Part shown: one piece after another, positions 21,916 through 27,628 of the stretch
Position numbering within the stretch: the first letter of the stretch is position 1
Layout of the letters: each line of letters opens with the position of its first letter
Origin: Chiloscyllium plagiosum
Lineage: Eukaryota
Reading direction: 5' to 3'
NCBI RefSeq assembly: GCF_004010195.1
Contig: NC_057750.1
Location: 11,089,388-11,117,015, forward strand
Length of the DNA stretch: 27,628 bases
Made by a program: the position numbers and the translations under genes
The notes under the pieces: generated by a model
Databases searched by the model: none
Seen by the model: the letters and a program-made list of their open reading frames with translations, nothing else
What the model was told of the DNA's origin: nothing

Positions 21916-22500
21916 CTGAAATAGAGAGAAAAGTTGCAATGATGTAGCGCCTTTCACAAGCTACAATCATAGAATAATGTAGCACGGATAGATGACTTTC
22001 AGGTCTAGTGCCTGTGGTTTTGGCAGATCCCTTTCCCATTAATCCCTTGTCCTAATCTTTCCCTGTAAGAATTTTCCATTCATTTGTTTATCAAATTATA
22101 TTTTAAACAGCATGACTGAATTAACTTGTATCCCACATTCAGGCCGAGTGCAATATCTCACTAGGAAAAAACACTTCTCAAGTTGTCTTTGGTTCTTTTG
22201 CCAATTTCCTTAAATCGCGATCTGCTGAGAAGAGCACAGGATTCGATTCTTATTCCAGCTGAGACAGATTCGGGGGTATCCCTCTTCAGTGAAAACTCAT
22301 AGTACTTTGCTGTGACTTGGGGAACAATCGTCAAGGACCTGCCTTAACTCAGAACTGAAGACGAACAGTACATAACAATTTCTAAAAACAAAACGTTTAT
22401 CAAAGCTTTCTCATGAGGATATTTATTTTGCTAAAGAGGGAAAGTTTTCTTTAATGCTGTATAGGAATCTGCTGCATGCTTGGCAAGCAGACTTTGATTA

Positions 22501-22700
22501 GTACAAAGTTAAAAATCACACAACACCAGGTTATAGTCCAACAGGTTTAATTGGAAGCACACTAGGTTTCGGAGTGACCTGATGAAGGAGCGTTGCTCCG
22601 AAAGCTAGTGTGCTTCCAATTAAACCTGTTGGACTATAACCTGGTGTTGTGTGATTTTTAACTTTGTACACCCCAGTCCAACACCGGCATCTCCGAATCT
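22501..22700 (+). mobile_element. Palindromic non-autonomous Penelope-derived element with a central hammerhead-like core
   Basis: Arms 22501-22574 and 22596-22669 (one mismatch); core CTGATGA-a-ggagc-gtt-gctcc-GAAA-gCTA at 22579-22607; direct repeat ttgattagtaca at 22494-22505 and 22700-22711. Confidence 0.85.
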
Positions 22701-22729
22701 TGATTAGTACAGGCCTTGTTGTGGGAAAG

Positions 22730-23280
22730 GTGATGGTGATTGACAGTTAACTGCCAAGAACTGTGCCAGAGCTGAAGGGTTGATAATCGGGGAAGCTGTG
22801 GCAAAAGAAGTAGGAGGCAACACAAGGAAAAGCCTTTTTACACAATGAGTCCTTAGGTTTTGGAATTTACTATGTGGAAAAATAGCCAATACAGCTTCCA
22901 CAACAGCCTTCAAAAGGGAATTGGATAAATACTCAAAGCAACAAATGTTACAGTGATATGGGGAAAGAGCAAGCGAGTCTTTGAATGAGCTGGCCTGGTC
23001 TTGATGTGCTCAATGGCCTCTGTGCATATTAGGGATGCTCTAGTAGTCCCTCAAATTAAGCTCTGTGATCTTTTATACAGAGCTGAGGGGGCAGACAGGG
23101 TCACAGTTTAACATCTTACCCTCAACATCCCATAATGCAGCACTGCCTCAGCACTGCATTGTGAGTGTCATCCCAGATGCTCAAGTTTTTTGAGTCAGAG
23201 TCAAATTTAAACACTTCTGACTCAGGCACAGTTGTGGAGTACTGAGGCAATGACCACAAGCCAAGTGGCACTGACTGAGC
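22730..23280. mobile_element. Old CR1 3' fragment (plus, about 22730-23030) and Deu-SINE fragment (minus, about 23045-23280)
   Basis: ccttcaaaagggaattggataaatac CR1 motif; gcagcactgcctcagcactgcattg Deu-SINE motif. Confidence 0.55.
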
Positions 23281-23555
23281 TGGAAACACTGAGCTCTAAA
23301 TAGTTCAGGACCACATCGGCCAATACATGTTCTGACCCAGCCACCAGACAGCTGGCCTGTTCTTGTTTTGGGAAGTGAGATACAAATTATTCTAAATAAC
23401 ACCCCTCCTCTAGCCTTGAAATAATTAACAGCATTCCTGGAAACAGGATACGGACAAATCAGACAAAGACACCACTGGATAAGAAGAATCCTTTACAATC
23501 CTAATGCCTGTTCTAGCTTTTCGCTTTCAGATGAGGTGTTAAACCGAGGTCCTGT

Positions 23556-24280
23556 CATAGAGCCATGCAACATGGAAACAGACTCTTCAGTCCAACTAGT
23601 CCATGCCAAACATAATCCCAAACTAAACTAATCCCAGCTGCCCGCGATTGGCCCATGTCCCTCCAGATCTTTCCTATTCATGCACTTATCTAAATGTCTT
23701 TTAAGCGTTGCAACTGTGCCTACATGCACCACTTCCCCAGGAAGTTCATTCCACACATGAACCACCTTCTAAAAAACTTTGCCCCTCACGTAGTTTTAAA
23801 ACTCTCTTCTCACTTTATATTTTGCCCCCAGTCTTGAAATCCCCCACCCAAGGGAAAACACACCCACCATTAACCCTATCTATACCCCTCATGATTTTAA
23901 AAGTCTTTGTAAGGTCACTTCTCAACCTCTTACTCCAGTGAAAAATATCCCAGCCTATCCAGTCTTACTTTATAACTCAAACCTTCCATACCTGGCAACA
24001 TCCTGATAATTCTCTTCTGAACCCTCTCCAGTTTAATAATATCCTTCTTATAGCAGGGCGACCAGAGCTGCACACAGTACTCCAGAAGAGGTCGCACCAA
24101 CGTCCTGTACCACCTCAACATGACGTCCCAACTTCTATACTCAAAGGTTTGAGCAATGAAGGCAAGTGCGCTAAATGCCTTTTTAACCACCCTGTCTATA
24201 TGTGATGCAAACTTCAAAGAATAATGTACTTGAACCCCTCGGTCCTTTTGTTGTACAACACTACCCAAGGCCTTACCATT
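23556..24280 (-). mobile_element. HER1/CR1 LINE 3' portion
   Basis: ORF 23930-24268 YRTLVRPLLEYCVQLWSP...LERVQKR...RLDRLGYFSLE. Confidence 0.9.
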
Positions 24281-24324
24281 AACTGCGAAAGTTATTAAAG
24301 GATCTATGGGCAGTATTTTGAATC

Positions 24325-24670
24325 AATGAATCCCTACTGTGTGGAAGCAGGCCACTCAGCCCATCGAGTCCACACAGATCCTCAGAAAAGCATCCCATCC
24401 AGATCCACGCAAACCCTATCCCTGTAACCCTGCATTCTCCATGGTTAACCCACCAAGTCTGCATTTTCCTGGACACTATGGGTAATTTAGCATGGCTAAC
24501 CCACCTAACCTGCACAGCTTTGGACTGTGGGAGGAAACTGAAGCACCCGGAGGAAATCCGAACAGACATGAGGAGAACATGCAAATTCCACACAGACAGT
24601 GGTTGGAATCGAACCCAGGTCCCTGGAGCTATGAGGCAGCCGTACTAACCACTGAGCCATGGTGCCGCCC
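24325..24670 (-). mobile_element. Near full-length HE1/V-SINE-like SINE
   Basis: Reverse complement starts ggcggcaccatggctcagtggttag; matches 2410-2756. Confidence 0.88.
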
Positions 24671-25279
24671 CAAAAGACACGCAAAGATATCCTCGGCAAC
24701 CAACATCACTCATACAACTTAATCTGGCCATTGATCCCAAGACAGTTCATGGGAGCTTGTGTGTATACACTGGCTGCCACATCCACTACATCACAACAGT
24801 CCTTCGTGGTCTGTAAAATGTTACAGAACATGATTGATGCCATATAAATGCAAGTTCTTTTTTTCTCTTAAATCTATGCATGGACCACCATACAATGCAG
24901 GCTGAGAAGTTGACTTTGTAAGTCTATAAGGACTGGGAGGCCCTGGAATCTTCCACCAAAATTAGAGGCCCAAAAAGTTGCAGTGACTATCTCCCTGTGG
25001 CTACACATTTCCTTTCTCTAAAGCTTTCCCATTTAATTTCAATTTTGCTTCTGATCTTCTTTTCCCACCATCCAGCTGCCCTGCTTCAAATCTGTGACTT
25101 CCCTGCCCTTCCTGTTCCTCTGCTGCCATCAAACTGGCCTGGTTCCTGTTCACTGTCCTGACCCCTTACTGCATCCGGCAGCAGGAACCCGTGAAGTGTA
25201 CATCAAAGGCTTTCAACCCCTGGCTCTCTTTCTCCATTGAGCAGGTTATTTAAAGTCAATTGAATGACAATCCCCAAGG

Positions 25280-25910
25280 TTACAGAATTTTTCCTACAAG
25301 GCATAACACTGGAACTGTATAAAACATCAGTTGGGGCACTGCTTGTAGTTCTAGCCACTGTACTGTAAGAAAGATGGAGTTACGCTGAAGACAGTACAGA
25401 GATTTTGACTCAGCTGGAGAATTTTCATTCTGAAGAAAGACTTAGAACAGTGGAGGCTAATGGAAGATTTAATTGAAGTGAATCAAAACTATCAGGAGTC
25501 TAGACAGGGTGGATAGAAATATCCTATTTCCTTTGGTTGAGGAATCCATCAACTAAACCGGACGAAGGAGCCACGCTCCTAAAGTTTGTGATTTTAAATA
25601 AACCCATTGGACTATAACCTGATATTGTGTGACCGCTGATTTTGTCCACCCCAGTCAAACACTAGCATCTCCACATCATGACAGCCATAAACATGGGCCT
25701 AGATTCAGGGGTACAAGCGGAAGGCTTAGAAAAGCTTCAAGGGGATTTGAAACTCTCAGCCTGAAAGGACGGTAGACGCAGGAACCCTCAACTACTTGGA
25801 TATGCTCCTAAAATGCTACAAACTGCAGACTGAGAGCTGGAGGGATACTTAATGGTCAACACAGATACAACAGGCCAAATAGCCTCTCATCGTGCTAGAC
25901 ATTTTGATGA
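25280..25910 (+). mobile_element. Old CR1 fragment containing a decayed Penelope-derived insert (about 25555-25680)
   Basis: CR1 ORF2 remnants; the insert ggacgaaggagccacgctcctaaag...ttggactataacctg...ccccagtc matches the 22501-22700 family. Confidence 0.65.
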
Positions 25911-26149
25911 TCCTGGTAATATTTAATCCCTGACCCTAGTCTTGCAAAGATCGTGAAGTGCAAGGCACAGTCACCTGGCCCCAAACCTGATGGTCATCTA
26001 TTGGTTCTCTGGAAAAGAATATCCCGTTTTAGAGGGCATGCTCCGCTTGGCTTGTTAGTGAGAGCTGGCACATCACTCAACACCAACATTGGGAGTTTAT
26101 CTGTTCCCAGTGTCACTTTACCAGGAACTTTTATAACACAGTGATGATG

Positions 26150-26435
26150 GGGGAGGGTTAGGAGCTAAAACAAGTAGTACAGAGAGGAAGATTTTAGAAA
26201 AAAACATGGGGCAACTTTTTTATTTACACAGAGTGGTTTCTGTGTGGAATGAACCTCGAGGAAGTGGTCGATATGGGTACAGTTACAACATTTAAAAGAC
26301 ATTCATATAAGTAGATGAATAAGAAATGTTTGGAGGGATATGGACCAAGCACGGACAGGTGGGACTAATTTATTTTGGAATTATGGTTGGCATGGATTGG
26401 TTGGATCAAAGGGTCAGTTTCTGTGCTGTATGACT
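26150..26435 (+). mobile_element. HER1/CR1 3' end fragment
   Basis: acacagagtggtt...tggaatga...tttggagggatatgg...ctgtgctgtatgactcta. Confidence 0.8.
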
Positions 26436-26803
26436 CTACAGATCTCGACTGCAGTATGTGGGTGGGCGTGGGTAACTGCAGGTAGTATTTCACAGTACAG
26501 ACCCAATGAGGTCTGGGTAGGAATTAAGATCCACCCCCCCATATTGTGACCTAGGAAGACTCAATCTGTGGAGATAAATTTTTTTAAAAAATTTTATGGG
26601 ATGTGGGGGTCACTTGCAAAACTAGCCTTTACTACAGATCTTTGACTCATGACTGTAAGGGTATTGACCTTAAAGGTTCACCGTATTTTTCTCTCCACAG
26701 ATTCTGCTTGACCTGCTGAGTACTGCCAGCACTTTTCTGAAATTTATTTCAGAATTTAAGTATCCACAGGATTTGTCGATTTCTGTTGACCAAACAAACT
26801 TAC

Positions 26804-26985
26804 ATGTTTTTCCTCCGCAGATTCCAATGTTGAAATTTAATGCTCCAGTTAAAAAGATTTTCAATGTCATAAAAACGTTCATAAAGTTTCAGCAGCCACC
26901 GCTTTGCCCAGGGATCCTGTGCCAACTTAGAGGAGTCACTATGATTCTGGCAACTGGAGGGCACTACAACCTGGTACACTCCAAC
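26804..26985 (-). CDS. DMAC2: DMAC2/ATP5SL coding exon (probable exon 2; 182 bp, phase 0 to 2)
   Basis: Acceptor tgtttccctttag, donor AT|gtaagt. Reads VGVYQVVVPSSCQNHSDSSKLAQDPWAKRWLLKLYERFYDIENLFNWSIKFQHWNLRRKN; the FYDIE..W....N block resembles the recalled vertebrate DMAC2 FYDVE segment. Phase joins the next exon. An alternative in-frame acceptor 15 nt further in (taccag|GTT) cannot be excluded. Confidence 0.88.
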
Positions 26986-27059
26986 CTAAAGGGAAACAGA
27001 AAGCATCATTCAGCAGCTTCACCACTAACCACTGACCCCTCTGACCTCCCCCCCACCTT

Positions 27060-27390
27060 GACCCATACCACAGGGACTGAGCTACAACCTGACCCAGTGA
27101 CCAGTAACACAGGGATTGACCCCTTTGTCCCCACTGAACAGCACCACAGGCACCAGCCCCCACCCACTTCCAGTGTGACTGGTAACACAAGGACTGACCA
27201 CCCAACTCCCACAGTGACCCGTAACACAGGGACTTACCCTGACCTGCACATTGACCGGTGATACAAGGACTGACCTCCCCTCTCCCTCAGTGACCGGTAA
27301 CACGGGGACTCACCCCCACAGTGACCAGTAACACAGAGACTGACTTCCACAGTGACCGGTAACACAGTGACCGGTAACACAGGGACCCCC
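27060..27390. repeat. Degenerate minisatellite, about 8-9 copies of cagtgaccggtaacacagggactgacc with variable C-rich spacers
   Basis: Copies near 27096, 27171, 27212, 27252, 27288, 27319, 27350 and 27365. Confidence 0.85.
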
Positions 27391-27408
27391 CCCCCCCCCA
27401 CTCCAACA

Positions 27409-27628
27409 GTCTGGATGAGTGGTGCTGGAAGAGCACAGCAGTTCAGGCAGCATCCAACGAGCAGCGAAATCGACGTTTTGGGCAAAAGCCCTTCATCAGG
27501 AATAAAGGCAGTGAGGCTGGAGCGTGGAGAGATAAGCTCAAGGAGGGTGGGGGTGGGGGTGGGGAAAAAGTAGCATAGAGTACAATGGGTGAGTGGGGGA
27601 GGGGATGAAGGTGATAGGTCAGGGTGGA
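27409..27628 (-). mobile_element. Penelope pseudo-LTR (truncated by window edge) with a mutated hammerhead core
   Basis: Reverse complement of the 20075-20300 family; the core reads CTGATGAagggcttttgcccAAAAcgtc. Confidence 0.85.

Noticed and set aside
26773..27261. 162-aa Thr/Pro-rich + strand ORF
   Set aside because: Antisense to a DMAC2 exon and extended by the minisatellite; composition is explained by the repeat.
27060..27390. Repeat-spacer appearance resembling a CRISPR array
   Set aside because: Eukaryotic context, degenerate repeats, low-complexity variable spacers and no cas genes.

Overview
Repeat-rich vertebrate nuclear DNA, very probably a cartilaginous fish (shark; inferred from HE1/V-SINE-like SINEs, HER1/CR1 LINEs, Deu-domain SINEs and Penelope-like elements). 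One protein-coding gene can be rebuilt by hand on the minus strand: DMAC2 (ATP5SL), a leucine-rich-repeat assembly factor for the distal membrane arm of mitochondrial complex I. Five coding exons (26985-26804, 21915-21835, 19142-19003, 14362-14200, 11760-11571) have canonical GT-AG sites and matching phases and give 251 aa plus a stop; the start-codon exon is probably beyond the right edge. The ORF track shows only the last exon in its correct frame. The rest is mostly nested retroelements. The most notable non-coding observations are: (i) several Penelope-derived mini-elements carrying minimal type-I hammerhead ribozyme cores, two of them built as near-perfect hairpins (90-bp and 74-bp arms) with 12-bp flanking direct repeats inside DMAC2 introns; (ii) a repeat-free intronic island with two overlapping RFX X-box-like sites and a forkhead-motif cluster; (iii) a 629-bp solo LTR with a clean 4-bp TSD; (iv) minisatellites arising from SINE/LINE sequence. 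No clearly new multi-gene system is evident. Repeat boundaries are approximate and family names come from recognition, not a database search. There is an assembly gap at 17094-17200.
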